A DNA stretch of 64,000 bases from Squalus acanthias (lineage: Eukaryota). Below the pieces are notes generated by a model. That model searched no databases. It had not been told where the DNA came from and worked only from the letters and a program-made list of their open reading frames with translations. The position numbers and the translations under genes are program-made. Positions 24,058-36,352 of this stretch are shown one piece after another. The stretch lies in assembly GCA_030390025.1 (NCBI GenBank), contig CM059441.1:40486001-40550000 (forward strand), in the 5' to 3' direction. Within the stretch, counting starts at the first letter, position 1, and every line of letters starts with the position of its first letter.

Positions 24058-26461
24058 ATTTTTTTTTTAATTCATTCATGGGATGTGGGCGTCGCTGGCA
24101 AGGCCAGCATTTATTGCCCATCCCGAATTGCCCTTGAGAAGGTGGTGGTGAGCCACCTTCTTGAACCGCTGCAGTCCGTGTGGTGAAGGTACTCCCACAG
24201 TGCTGTTAGGGAGGGAGTTCCAGGATTTTGACCCAGCGACGATGAAGGATCGGCGATATACTTCCAAGTCAGGATGGTGTGTGACTTGGAGGGGAACATA
24301 GAAAAATAGGAGCAGGAGTAGGCCATTCGGCCCTTCGAGCTTGCTCCACCATTCAATATGATCATGGCTGATCCTCGATCTCAATACCATATTCCCGCTC
24401 TCTCCCCATACCCCTTGATGCCTTTTGTGTTTAGAAATCTATCTATCTCCTTCTTAAATATATTCAGTGACTTGACCTCCACAGCCTTCTGTGGTCGAGA
24501 ATTCTTGGAGGTGGTGATGTTCCCATGCGCCTGCTGCCCATGTCCTTCTATGTGGTAGAGGTCGTGGGTTTGGGAGGTGCTGCCGAAGGAGCCTTGGTGA
24601 GTTGCTGCAGTGCATCTTGTAGATGGCACACACTGCAGCCACGGTACGCAATGATGGAGGGAGTGAATGTTTACGGTGGTGGATGGGGTGCCAATCAAGC
24701 GGGCTGCTTTGTCCTGGATGGTGTCGAGCTTCTTGAGTGTTGTTGGAGCTGCACTCATCCAGGCAAGTGGAGAGTATTCCATCACACTCCTTACTTGTGC
24801 CTTGTAGATGGTGGAAAGGCGTTGGGGAGTCAGGAGGTGAGACACTCGCCGCAGAATACCTAGCCTCTGACCTGCTCTTGTTGCCACAGTATTTATGTGA
24901 CTGGTTCAGTTAAGTTTCTGGTCAATGGTGACCCCCAGGATGTTGATGATGGAGAATTTGGTGATGGTAATGACATTGAATGTCAAGGGGTGGTGGTTAG
25001 CCTCTCGCTTGTTGGAGATAGTCATTGCCTGGCACTTGTGTGGCGCGAATGTTACCTGCCACTTATCAGCCCAAGCCTGAATGTCGTCTAGGTCTTGTTG
25101 CATGCGGGCATGGACTGCTTCATTATCTGAGGAGTTGTGAATGGCACTGAACACTGTGCAGTCATCAGCGAACATCCCCATTTCTGACCTTATGTTGGAG
25201 GAAGGTCATTGATGAAGCAGCTGAAGATGCCAGTGTTGTAGCTGTACCCAGCAACCCAGCACAGGCCTAGGACACTGCCCTGAGGAACTCCTGCAGCGAT
25301 GTCCTGGGGCTGTGATGATTGACCACCAACCACCACAACCATCTTCCTTTGTGCTAGGTATGACTCCAACCAGTGGAGAGTTTCCCCCCTGATTACCATT
25401 GACTTCAGTTTTACTAGGGCTCCTTGATGCCACACTCGGTCAAATGCTGCCTTGATGTCAAGGACAGTCACTCTCACCTCACCTCTGGAATTCAGCTCCT
25501 TTGTCCATGTTTGGACCAAGGCTAAAATGAGGTCTGGAGCCGATGGGCCTGGCAGAACCTGAACTGGGCATCAGTGAGCTGGTTATTGATGAGTAAGTGC
25601 CGCTTGATAGCACTGTCGACGTCACCTTCCATCACTTTGCATCTACTAGAGAGTAGACTAATGGGGCGGTAATTGGCCGGATTGGATTTGTCCTGCTTTT
25701 TGTGGACAGGACACACCTGGGCAGCTTTCCACATTGTTGGGTAGATGCCAGTGTTGTAGCTTTACTGGAACAGCTGGACTAGAGGCGCGGTTAGTTCTGG
25801 AGCACAAGTCTTCAGCACGATAGCCGGGATGTTGTCGGGGCCCATAGCCTTTGCTGTATCCAGTGTGCTCAGCCATTTCTTGATATCATGTGGAGTGAAT
25901 CGAATTGGCTGAAGACTGGCTTCTGTGATGGTGGGGACCTCGGGAGTAGGCCGATATGAATCATCCACTCGGCACTTCTGGCTGAAGATGGTTGCAAACG
26001 CTTCAGCCTTGTCTTTTGCACTCAAATGCTGGGCTCCACTATCATTGAGCATGGGGATATTCATGGAGCCTCCTCCTCCTGTTAGTTGTTTAATGATCCA
26101 CCACCATTCAGGACAGGATGTGGCAGGACTGCAGAGCTTTGATCTAATCTGTTGATTGTGGGATCACTCAGCCCTGTCTATAGTATGCTGCTTCCGCTTT
26201 TTAGTATGCATGTAGTCCTGTGTTGCAGCTTCCCCAGGTTGGCACCGCATTTTTAGGTACGCCTGGTGCTGCTCTTGGCATGCTCTTCTACACTCCTTAT
26301 TGAACCATGGTTGGTCCCCTGGCTTGATGGTAATGGTAGAGTGAGGGATATGCCGGGCCATGAGGTTACAGATTGTGGTGGAATACAATTCTGCTGCTGC
26401 TGATGGCCCACAGCGCTTCATGGATGCCCAGTTTTGAGCTGTTAGATCTGTTCTGAATCTG
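24058..26461 (-). mobile_element. 5'-truncated copy of the tRNA-headed CR1/L2-group LINE, with a nested CR1 tail (~24296-24503)
   Basis: [28 protein letters not shown]; 3' end gggcaataaatgctggccttgccagcgacgcccacatccc plus poly(A). Confidence 0.85.
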
Positions 26462-27000
26462 TTCAGGCCCCACTCTAGGTCTTCAGCATATAATCTAGAC
26501 AGGCATTCCAGTGCAACACTAACAGAGTGCTGCATTGTCAGAGGTGCCGTTCTTCGGATGAAACATTGAACCAATGCCTTGTCTGCCTGTTCTGGTGAAT
26601 ATCAAAGATCCTGCCCTAGAATAATCCTTCAACCAACATCATCAAAAAGATGAGTTGGCAGTTCTCTCATTGCTGTTTGTGGGACCTTGTGTGCAAATTG
26701 ACTCTTGCATTTACTACATAACAACAGTGATTACACTTCAAAAGTAATTTGTGTGGATTGTGTTGCGCTGTTTCTCAGAGATGTGATATATAAATTCAAG
26801 TCAACATCCATATGAAACCACCAGAACAGAGAGGTGTGGCCTCTGTTTAACCTGTCTCCTGGAGGGTGACAGCTGACAAGATAGCACTCTCTTTGTACTG
26901 CATTGGAGTGTCAGCCTGAATTACGTATTCAAGTCTTGGAGCTTCTGACAACCTTCTAACTCAGAGGTCAGGGTGCTACTATCTGAACCAGGCTGACACA
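26462..27000. mobile_element. Deu-domain SINE fragments (+ ~26462-26790; - ~26830-27000)
   Basis: ttgctgtttgtgggaccttgtgtgcaaattg; reverse-strand head tgtcagcctggttcag. Confidence 0.6.
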
Positions 27001-27015
27001 GCTTAAATCGGAATT

Positions 27016-27690
27016 AGATGACAAAGGTCATCAAAAAGGCAAATGGAATGTTGGCCTTTATTGCAAGGGGGCTGGAGTATAAAAGCAGGGAAGTCCTGCT
27101 ACAACTGTACAGGGCGTTGGTGAGACCACACCTGGAGTACTGCGTACCGTTTTGGTCTCCTTATTTAAGGAAGGATATACTTGCATTGGAGGCAGTTCAG
27201 AGACGATTCACTAGGTTAATTCCTGAGATGAGGGGGTTGACTTATGAAGAAAGGTTGAGCAGGTTGGGCCTATACTCATTGGAATTTAGAAGAATGAGAG
27301 GTGATCTTATTGAAACATATAAGATACTGAGGGGGCACGACAAGGTAGATGTTGAGAGTATGTTTCCCCTTGTGGGGAAATCTAGAACTCGGGGGCATAG
27401 TTTCAGAATAAAGGGTCGCCCTTTTAGAACTGAGATGAGGAGGAATTTCTTCTCTCAGAGGGTCGTAAATCTGTGGAATTCTCTGCCCCAGAGAGCCGTG
27501 GAGGCTGGGTCATTAAATACATTTAAGGTGGAGATAGACAGATTTTTGCAAGATAAGGGAGTGAAGGGTTATGGGGAGTGGGCAGGGAAGTGGCTTTGAG
27601 CCCAAGATCAGCCATGATCTTATTGAATGGCGGAGCAGGCTCGAGGGGCCAAGTGGCCTATTCCTGCTCCTATTTCTTATGTTCTTATTG
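27016..27690 (+). mobile_element. CR1 LINE 3' end
   Basis: ORF 27018-27599 RPHLEYCVPFWSPY...RRNFFSQRVVNLWNSLP; ttcttatg tail. Confidence 0.9.
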
Positions 27691-27744
27691 TATATATTAG
27701 ATGTAAATCCTTATGCATAGTGGTATCATGCATACCTATTTCTA

Positions 27745-28210
27745 TTACATCCTCCAGCACTACAACCCTCTGAGATCTCCAATTCTGGCCTCTTGCGCAC
27801 CCCCGATTTTCATCACTCCATTATTGGCGGCCGTGCCTTCAACTGCCTGAGGCCCTAAGCTCTGGAATTCCCACCCTAAACCTCTCTACCTCTCTCCCCT
27901 TTTAAACGTTCCTTAAATCCTAACTCTTTGATCAAGCTTTTGGTCACCTGTCCTGATATCTCCTTAGGTGGCTCGGTGTCAATTTTTTTTTGATAATCGC
28001 TCCTGTGAAGTGCCTTGGGCCCAATGTTCCTTTTAAGCTGCGTGGCCGCGCGGTGCTCCAGGGGTCCCGCGCAGCCGGTGAGCCGACTTTTAAATTGAAA
28101 AAAAAACGTGCATGCAGAGAATTTTGAATGGTCCGCGCAGCCCCCAAAAAATTACAGGGAACTTTTCTCGGGACGTTTTACCACTATATAATGGCAAGTT
28201 GTTGTTGTTT
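27745..28210 (+). mobile_element. L2-type LINE 3' end interrupted by a small hAT-like MITE (~28021-28166)
   Basis: ggcggccgtgccttc...ctctggaattccc...gtgaagtgccttggg|...|gacgtttt..ctatataatggcaagttgttgttg. Insert ends caatgttcc...gggaact resemble the 32529 element. Confidence 0.6.
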
Positions 28211-28277
28211 TTGTAGGCCTTTTTCAATCATTGTATTTTATTTTATAAGCGCTGTGTTGGTGAGACTGAAGTACTTT

Positions 28278-29043
28278 GGCCCGGAATTTGCGGTTGTGAT
28301 GACGGTGAACCTGTCAGCATTTACCGTCACTACTCTGTGAAACTGACAGCAATTTCTGGCGTCCGCACGTGCGCAGTTAAATGAGGAAATCCTGAAGTTG
28401 CTGTCAGAGATTCCCCGCTCCTCCACAGGGTCCGCTGTTGAAGTTCTCGCAGATGAAAATCTTAGAAATCACTTGAATTGACGTGAACTTCCACTTTTTG
28501 CTCTCTGATCTAGCCGTAAAAACCCACAAAAAAGTTAAGCCTTGTTGAATGAGGTGTAACTGGGTTTTTAATGGTATACTAAGTCATATTTACTGCTGAA
28601 CAGCCTATCTGGCCCTGAAAAACTAATTTTATATTTGTGGAATGCCAAATTTCACCATTATGATAAAAATTCCCATAGATTTTTAAAATAATAAAATGTT
28701 TTTAAGTTGTTTTATGATATTTCATCTTCTACCTTAAACCCATGTGTATGCCCCAATCTTTATTTTGTTCTCTATAAAATGATTAAAAAGTGAAGGATAA
28801 TCAGTGCTTTTTACTTCCGGGTTTGCTGTCTGTGAGAATTCTTCAATGTGATTGGCTGCTTAGCCTGCTTGATGACGTCACTGTTGCTGAACGGTGGAAA
28901 TCCCCACTAGATGGCACCAGAATGAAATTAACGTCAGGAAAGGTGAAATCGACGTCACAGAGATCGCTAGATCTTTGTGGGCAGCTTTCTTCGAGGTCAG
29001 TGGCAAATGCCGTCACTTCGTCACTGACCGCAAAATCCGGACC
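28278..29043. mobile_element. Harbinger-like MITE ending 47 bp upstream of APOBEC2 exon 2
   Basis: TIRs ggcccggaatttgcggt ... accgcaaaatccggacc; flanks ttt and att. Confidence 0.75.
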
Positions 29044-29090
29044 ATTGTATCCTTGCTATGTCCACTAACATCTGCTTCTTTCTTTTCCAG

Positions 29091-29625
29091 ACAACGCATG
29101 GCATCCCATTACTTCAAGTTCCAGTTCAAAAATGTAGAATATTCTTCAGGAAGGAATAAAACATTTTTGTGCTATTCAGTGGAGCAACAGGGCACGGAGT
29201 GCGAGAGGTTGGAGGGATACGTGGAGGATGAGCACACAGGCACACACGCAGAAGAGGCCTTCTTCACAAACATCTTCCAGAGGTGCGATGGCAGCCTGAG
29301 CTACTCCATCATTTGGCATGTGTCCTCCAGCCCTTGCAACACGTGTGCTTCTAAAATCGCTGAGCAACTGAGCAAGTGCCCCAATGTTCACCTTACCATC
29401 TTCACGGCCCGCTTGTTCATGTGGGAAGAGCCCGAGATCCAGCAAGGCCTACGGCAGCTGCAAGCAGCCGGCTGTCGATTGAGGATCATGAAGGCTTCGG
29501 AGTATAATTACTGCTGGAACACCTACGTCGAAAACGAGGGGGAGGCTTTCGCGCCTTGGGAGGACCTTCAAGACAGCAGCATGTTTTACGAAGGGAAACT
29601 AAATGAAATTCTGCAACATGCCTAG
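29091..29625 (+). CDS. APOBEC2: APOBEC2 coding exon 2, zinc-dependent cytidine deaminase fold
   Basis: Branch-like ctaac (29065-29069), polypyrimidine tract and ttccag| acceptor at 29090. Translation has FKFQFKNVEYSSGRNKTFLCY, HAEEAFF (HxE), SSSPCNTC (PCxxC) and RLFMWEEPEIQ, all diagnostic of APOBEC2. TAG at 29623-29625, then donor AAG|gtgaga at 29629/29630. Spliced CDS is 654 nt = 217 aa. Confidence 0.97.
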
Positions 29626-30109
29626 AAAGGTGAGACATTCTGACATTTTCCCAAATTTGGGAGTTGCCACACTGTGGATGTTTCGCTGCTTTTTCCAGCG
29701 CAGTCTTTGCCGTGGGCACTCTAGTTTGATTTTATTGATTTACAAAAGGTAAGGAAAGGTAAGAGCCAACACTGGCAGTTTGGTTAACGTCTTATTGATT
29801 TTGTACCATGGCGCCCACGTTTGGAATTCACAGGAATAGAGGGACTGAGCCTTTGGCTTGGTGATAGAATTCCCCCCTCTGAGTCAGAAGGTGTCGGGTT
29901 TGAACCTCACTCCAGACAATGTTGGTGAGTGGAGACCGGAGCTCCAACTGTACCCCCGCATCCAGTGAGCGTGGGTGGTCCCTCCACCTCATCGTATGGG
30001 TTGTGGGAGTCCATTAAACCCTCCTGCCGTGGAGGACTATAAGTAGGTATAAAGATGGTTATGGCCATTGAAGGAGAGTTCATGTTGCGGCCTGTCAGAC
30101 CTGTGGATG

Positions 30110-32040
30110 ATCAGGGAGAATACGAGAAGATTAGGAGAGAAGTCAAAAAAAAATTAGGGAGGCAAAGACGAACTATGAAATTAAATTATCAAGGAACATA
30201 AAACAAAATAGTAAAATATTTTATAGGCACATCAATAAAAAAAGGAAGGTTGGGATGGGAATAGGGCCATTAAGAGACAGACAGGATAATACCACAGGTA
30301 ACGATAAAGAGATGGCAGAAATATTAAATAATGATTTTGCTTCAGTATTTACCAGGGAGATAGAACAAGTGGACATGACATTGGATGATGAGATAAGTGC
30401 ATTTAAAATAAAAAAATGGGATATATTAAATAAACTAATCAAACTCAAAGAGGATAAAACCCCTGGTCCGGATGGATTGCATCCACGCATTTTAAAAGAA
30501 TCTAGAGAAGAGATAGCAGAGGCATTACTACACATATTTAATAATTCGTTAGAAAAAGGTATAGTGCCAGAGGACTGGTGGATAGCTAACGTAATACCTA
30601 TATTTAAGAAGGGAGATAGAACATGTCCAGGGAATTATAGACCAGTCAGCTTAACATCGGTGGTAGGAAAAATAATGGAATCCCTACTAAAGGAGAAAAT
30701 AGAAGAACATCTAGAAACCAAAAATATAATAATGAATACTCAGCATGGATTTCAAAAGGGAAAGTCTTGCTTGACCAACCTCATTGAATTTTTTTGAAGA
30801 GATAACAGAAAGAGTAGACAATGGTAATGCAGTAGATGTAATTTATCTAGATTTTCAAAAGGCCTTCGATAAGGTACCCCATAATAGACTGATGAACAAG
30901 GTCAGAGAATGCTGAGTCAGGGGACAAGTAGCAGAATGGATTGCTGGCTGGTTTCAGGACAGAAAGCAGAGAGTTGGGGTAAAGGGTAGCTATTCACAGT
31001 GGCAGAAGGTGGGTAGTGGTGTTCCACAAGGATCAGTGCTGGGATCACTGCTGTTCACAATTTACATTCACGATTTAGATTTTGGAATCTAAAAAACAAT
31101 TTCTAAATTTGCGGATGATACCAAATTGGGGGGGGGGGGATAGTCAATACTGAGGAGGACTGCAACAAATTACAGGAGGACATTAATAAACTTGCAGATT
31201 GGGCATTTAATTGGCAAATGAAGTTCAACACAGATAAATGTGAGGTATCACATTTTGGTAGGAAGAATAGGGAGGTCACCTATCACTTGGAGGGTGCGAG
31301 TCTAGGTGGGGTAGAGGAACAAAGGGATCTCAGAGGACAAATACACAAATCACTAAACGTTGCGACACAGGTTAGCAAAGCCATAAAAAAAGCAAATCAA
31401 GCACTAGGGTTTATTTCTAGAGGTGTAGAATTGAAAAGTAGAGAAGTTATGCTAAACCTGTATCGAACCTTGGTTAGACCACACTTGGAGTACTGCGTAC
31501 AGTTCTGGTCACCATATTATAAAGAATATAGAGGCACTGGAGAGGCTGCAGAGAAAATTTACAAGGACGATACCAGAAATGCGAGGGTATACATATCAGG
31601 AAAGGATGAAGAGGCTGGGTCTCTTTTCTCTTGAAAAAAGAAGGCTGAGGGATGACCTAATAGAGGTCTTTAAAATTCTGAAAAATGTTGATAGAGTGGA
31701 TACAGAGAGAATGTTTCCACTTATGGGGAAGAGCATAACTAGAGGCCATCAATATAAGATAGTCACCAAGAAATCCAGGGAATTCAGAAGAAACGTCTTT
31801 ACCCAAAGAGTGGTGAGAATGTGGAACTCGCTACCACAGGGAGTGGTTGAAGCAAATAGTATAGATGCATTTAAGGGGAGGCTAGACAAGCATATGAGAG
31901 AAAAGGGAATAGAGGGTTATACTGATAGATTTAGATGAGGAAAGACAGGAAGAGGCTCGTGTGGAGCATAAACGCCGGCATGGACTGGTTGGGCCGAATG
32001 GCCTGTTTCTGTACCGTATATTCTATGTAATCCTATGTAA
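30110..32040 (+). mobile_element. CR1 LINE fragment
   Basis: PGPDGLHPRILKE, NYRPVSLTSVVGK, FADDTK, RPHLEYCVQFWSP; (ctatgtaa)n tail. Confidence 0.9.
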
Positions 32041-32528
32041 AACCATTAATCAGCCTGCAAATCCTTCCACTACTTCACATTGTTCTCTGAAGGAAGAGCG
32101 TGAGATACAAAAACAACAACAACAGGAATGGATAGAAAAAATATATCTCTTTCCCTTTTTTTTTTGAACTGTGTACATTGATACAACAGGGCAAAATCCA
32201 TAAATTGTTCACCAAACTGCTAGTGTTAGCAATGCTGCTAATGTCACAACCAGGTACGAAGGAACACATCCTACAGAGTTTTCACTAAAAAATCAGCATA
32301 GTGTTGTGATGTGAATTTCTAGTACTACTAATCTCTCTCCCATAGCCTTGCTCATGATTAGTCAAAACAAATGGTTTGTTGTTATTAGGCTATAATGACA
32401 GGCTGACCTGGGCGACGTTCACCACAGTGCCACCAGTGGTGGGAAGAATGAATAGCAGGCATTACAGTATTACCTATCAGAAGTAATTGAGGCAAGCTTT
32501 AACCTTACACTTTAGATTTACTTGTAGG

Positions 32529-35101
32529 CAATGTTCCCTGTAAGCTGCACTTTGTTCTGCATGGCCTGTTTCTTTTTTGTTATTCTTTCATGGGATGTGG
32601 GCGTCGCTGGCAAGGCCAGCATTTATTGCCCATCCCTAGTTGCCCATGAGAAGGTGGTGGTGAGCCGCCTTCTTGAACCGCTGCAGTCCGTGTGGTGAAG
32701 GTACTCCCACAGTGCTGTTAGGGAGGGAGTTCCAGGATTTTGACCCAGCGACGATGAAGGAACGGCAATATACTTCCCAGTCAGGGTGGTGTGTGACTTG
32801 GAGGGAAACTTGGAGGTGGTGGTGTTCCCATGCGCCTGCTGCCCTTGTCCTTCTAGGTGGTAGAGGTCATGGGTTTGGGAGGTGCTGCCGAAGAAGGTTT
32901 GGCGAGTTGCTGCAGTGCATCTTGTAGATGGTACACACTGGACCAAGGCTGTAATGAGGTCTGGAGCAGAGTGGTCCTGGCGGAACCTAAAACTGGGCAT
33001 CAGTGAGCAGGCTATTGGTGAGTAAGTGCTGCTTGATAGCACTGTCGATGACACCTTCCATCACTTTGCTGATGATTGAGCGTTGACTGATGGGGCTGTA
33101 ATTGGCCGGATTGGATTTGTCCTGCTTTTTGTGGACAGGACATACCTGGGCAGTTTTCCACATTGTCGGATAGTTGCCAGTGTTGTAGCTGTACTGGAAC
33201 AGCTTGGCTAGAGGCACGGCTAGTTCTGGAGCACAATTCTTCAGCACAACAGCCGGGATGTTGTTGGGGCCCATAGCCTTTGCTGTATCCAGTGCACTCA
33301 GCCGTTTCTTGATATCATGTGGAGTGAATATATTGGCTGAAGACTGGCTTCTGTGATGGTGGGGACCTCAGGAGGAGACCGATATGGATCATCCACTCAG
33401 CACTTCTGGCTGAAGATGGTTGCGAATGCTTCAGCCTTGTCTTTTGCACTCACGTACTGGGCTCCACCATCATTGAGGATGGGGATATTCATGGAGCCTC
33501 CTCCTCCCGTTAGTTGTTTAATGGTCCACCACCATTCACGAATGGATGTGGCAGGACTGCAGAGCTTTGATCTGATCCGTTGATTATGGGATCGTTTAGC
33601 CCTGTCTATAGCATGCTGCTTCCGCTTTTTAACATGCATCATGCATGTAGTCCTGTGTTGCAGCTTCCCCAGGTTGGCACCTCATTTTCAGGTACGCCTG
33701 GTGCTGCTCCTGGCATGCTCTTCTACACTCCTTGTTGAACCAAGGTTGGTCCCCTGGCTTGATGGTAATGGTAGAGTGAGGGGTACACCAGGCCATGAGG
33801 TTACAGATTGTGGTGGAATACAATTCTGCTGCTGCTGATGGCCCACGGTGCCTCATGGATGCCCAGTTTTGAGCTGCTAGATCTGTTCTGAATCTGTCCC
33901 ATTTAGCACTGGGTAGTGCCAGACAACACGATGGAGGATATCCTCAGTGTGAAGACGGGACTTTGTCTCCACAATGATTGTGCGGTGGTCACTGCTACCA
34001 ATGCTGTCATCGACGGATGCATCTGCGACAGGTAGATTGGTGAGGATGGGGTCAAGTAGGTTTTTCCCTCGTGTTGGTTCTCTCACCACCTGTTGCAGGC
34101 TCAGACTGGCAGCTATGTCCTTCAGGACTCGGCCAGCTCGGCCAGTAGTGGTGCTACCAAGCCACCCTTGATGATGGACATTGAAGTCCCCCACCCAGAG
34201 TACATTCTGTGCCCTTGCTACTCTCAGTGCTTCTTCCAAGTGGTGTTCAACATGGAGGAGTACTGATTCATCAGCTGAGGGAGGGCGGTAGGTGGTAATC
34301 AGCAGGAGGTTTCCTTGCCCATGCTTGATCTGAAACCATGAGACTTCATGGTGTCCATAGTCAATGCTGAGGACATCCAGGGCCACTCCTTCCCGACTGT
34401 ATACCACTGTGCCACCACCCCTAGTGGATCTGTCCTGCCGGTGGGACAGGACATACCCAGGGATGGTGATGGAGGAGTTTGGGACATTGGCTGAAAGATA
34501 TGATTCTGTGAGTATGACTATGTCAGGCTGTTGCTTGACTAATCTGTCGGACAGCTGTCCCAATTTTGGCACAAGTCCCCAGATGTTGGTGAGGAGGACT
34601 TTGCAGGGTTGACTGGGCTGGGAGTGCCGTTGTCGTGTCCGTAGCCGGTGCCGAGGTCGATGCCGGGTTGTCCGTCCAGTTTCATTCTTATTATTTTGTT
34701 TCATAGCGGTTTGTTAGAACTGAGTGGCTTGCTAGGCCATTTCAGAGGGTAGTTAAGAGTCAACCACATTGCTGTGGGTCTGGAGTCACATATAGGCCAG
34801 ACCAGGTAAGGATGGCAGATTTCTTCTCCTAAATGACATTAGTGAACCAGATGGGTTTTTACGACAATCCGATAGTTTCATTACTGATCCTAACTTTTTA
34901 TTCCAGATTTATTTAATTAACTGAATTTAAATTCCCCAGCTGCCGTGGTGGGATTTGAACTCACGTCTCTGGATCATTAGTCCAGGCCTCTGGATTACTA
35001 GTCCAGTTTTAATGCGCAGTCCCTTTAAATTTCTGCACATGCACAGTATTTACAATGTAAAAGCCGGTGAACGGCCTGTGCGAGACCTTGCAGAAACATT
35101 G
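32529..35101. mobile_element. hAT-type MITE interrupted by a LINE
   Basis: 8-bp TSD CTTGTAGG (32521-32528 and 35102-35109); imperfect TIRs caatgttccctgtaag ... cttgcagaaacattg. Confidence 0.8.
32573..35006 (-). mobile_element. tRNA-headed LINE copy with internal deletion (junction ~32940)
   Basis: APE ORF 33877-34704 (VLLTNIWGLVPK, ILTESYL, VGDFNVHH, SSDHR); B box GAGTTCAAATCC at 34951-34962 (-). Confidence 0.88.
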
Positions 35102-35350
35102 CTTGTAGGCTTTACCAATGTCACAAGTACATTACTGAATGATGACAACAGGAAATAAGCACAACAAACAGGCAGTCTGAAGAGTTTTATAGAGATACTA
35201 AATGATTTCCTGTGATATTGCACACAGAGAGTCCAGGCCATTTGTAGCCTTCAGGTGAAATAGGATTAGCGGGTGAGGGACAATTGAAACAGGGTGCACC
35301 AAGTTCAGTCCCTATTTTAAAATTATACATGTTGTCTTTATTTTTATATA

Positions 35351-36352
35351 CAGGAAACTCTTTGGTATCCGGCACCGACGGGACCGGCGTCATGCCGGTT
35401 GATCAAAAGTTCCGGATAACAGAGAGTTATATCTACCGAGGCTATTTTTAACAAAGAAAAATAAAAAAATCAAGAAATGTGCAGTATACAGTAAACATAG
35501 AAACATAGAAACATAGAATCTAGGAGCAGGAGTAGGCCATTCGGCCCGTCGAGCCTGCTCCGCCATTCAATACGATCATGGCTGATCATCCAAATCCAGT
35601 ACCCTGTCCCTGCTTTAATCCCCACAGTACACATATCCCACCCTACCCCCGTAACCCCACGTATTTAATTCCCCCTAACATATCCCATCCTATCCCCACA
35701 TATTTAATCCCCCCCTAACACTAAGGGTCAATTTATCATAGCCAAATCAACCTAACCCGCACATTTTTGGACTGTGGGAGGAAACCGGAGCACCCGGAGG
35801 AAACCCACGCAGACACGGGGAGAATGTGCAAACTCCACACAGACAGTCACCCGAGGTCAGATTCGAACCCAGGTCCCTGGCGCTGTGAGGCACCAGTGCT
35901 AACCACTATGCCACCATGTTGCCCTAGTATTTGGGTACTCACCTACAGAATGTTGTGTTAAATGGATGGTGGAAGATGCTTGATTAAGTACAGTACTGCC
36001 AGTTGAGAGTAATCCATAACTCTTTAATTACTTAACAGTAAGTGAGACTCCCGGCAGCGCGGGAGAATCAACTCCTGCTACTGCAGTGTTTCGGACTTCC
36101 GACAGCGCCAGGAGGCCGAGTAGTGGCACTTTTGAAAACTACCCCTACTGACTAAATCGGCGTTCGCGGACTCGGGATCGGCAACATTGCCGGTTATTTG
36201 AGAGGAGTTTTCGGAGTACTCGCCGTTCGCGGAGACTCGGACTGCGACTCGGCAACATTGCCGGTTATTTGAGAGGAGTTTTCGGAGGATGATTTTTGCC
36301 GGTTAAGCGAGAATTCCGGATATTTGGGGGCCGGATAAACAAGAGTTTCCTG
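35351..36352. mobile_element. Tigger/pogo-like MITE with nested HE1 SINE
   Basis: TA|caggaaactctt ... aagagtttcctg|TA; internal imperfect tandem duplication at ~36160-36290. Confidence 0.8.
35494..35924 (-). mobile_element. HE1-type V-SINE with CR1/HER1 tail
   Basis: Reverse strand gggcaacatggtggcatagtggttagc...gggttcgaatc; V domain gtggagtttgcacattctccccgtgtctgcgtgggtttcctccggg; (tttctatg)n tail. Confidence 0.85.

Noticed and set aside
28894-29090. N-terminal extension of the 243-aa ORF as a single-exon APOBEC2
   Set aside because: It starts at a non-ATG codon inside a MITE and reads through the branch point and polypyrimidine tract; the true N-terminus is exon 1 at 13285.
36160-36290. Repeat-spacer-repeat pattern resembling a CRISPR or other array
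   Set aside because: Only a two-unit imperfect tandem duplication inside a Tigger-like MITE in a vertebrate genome.
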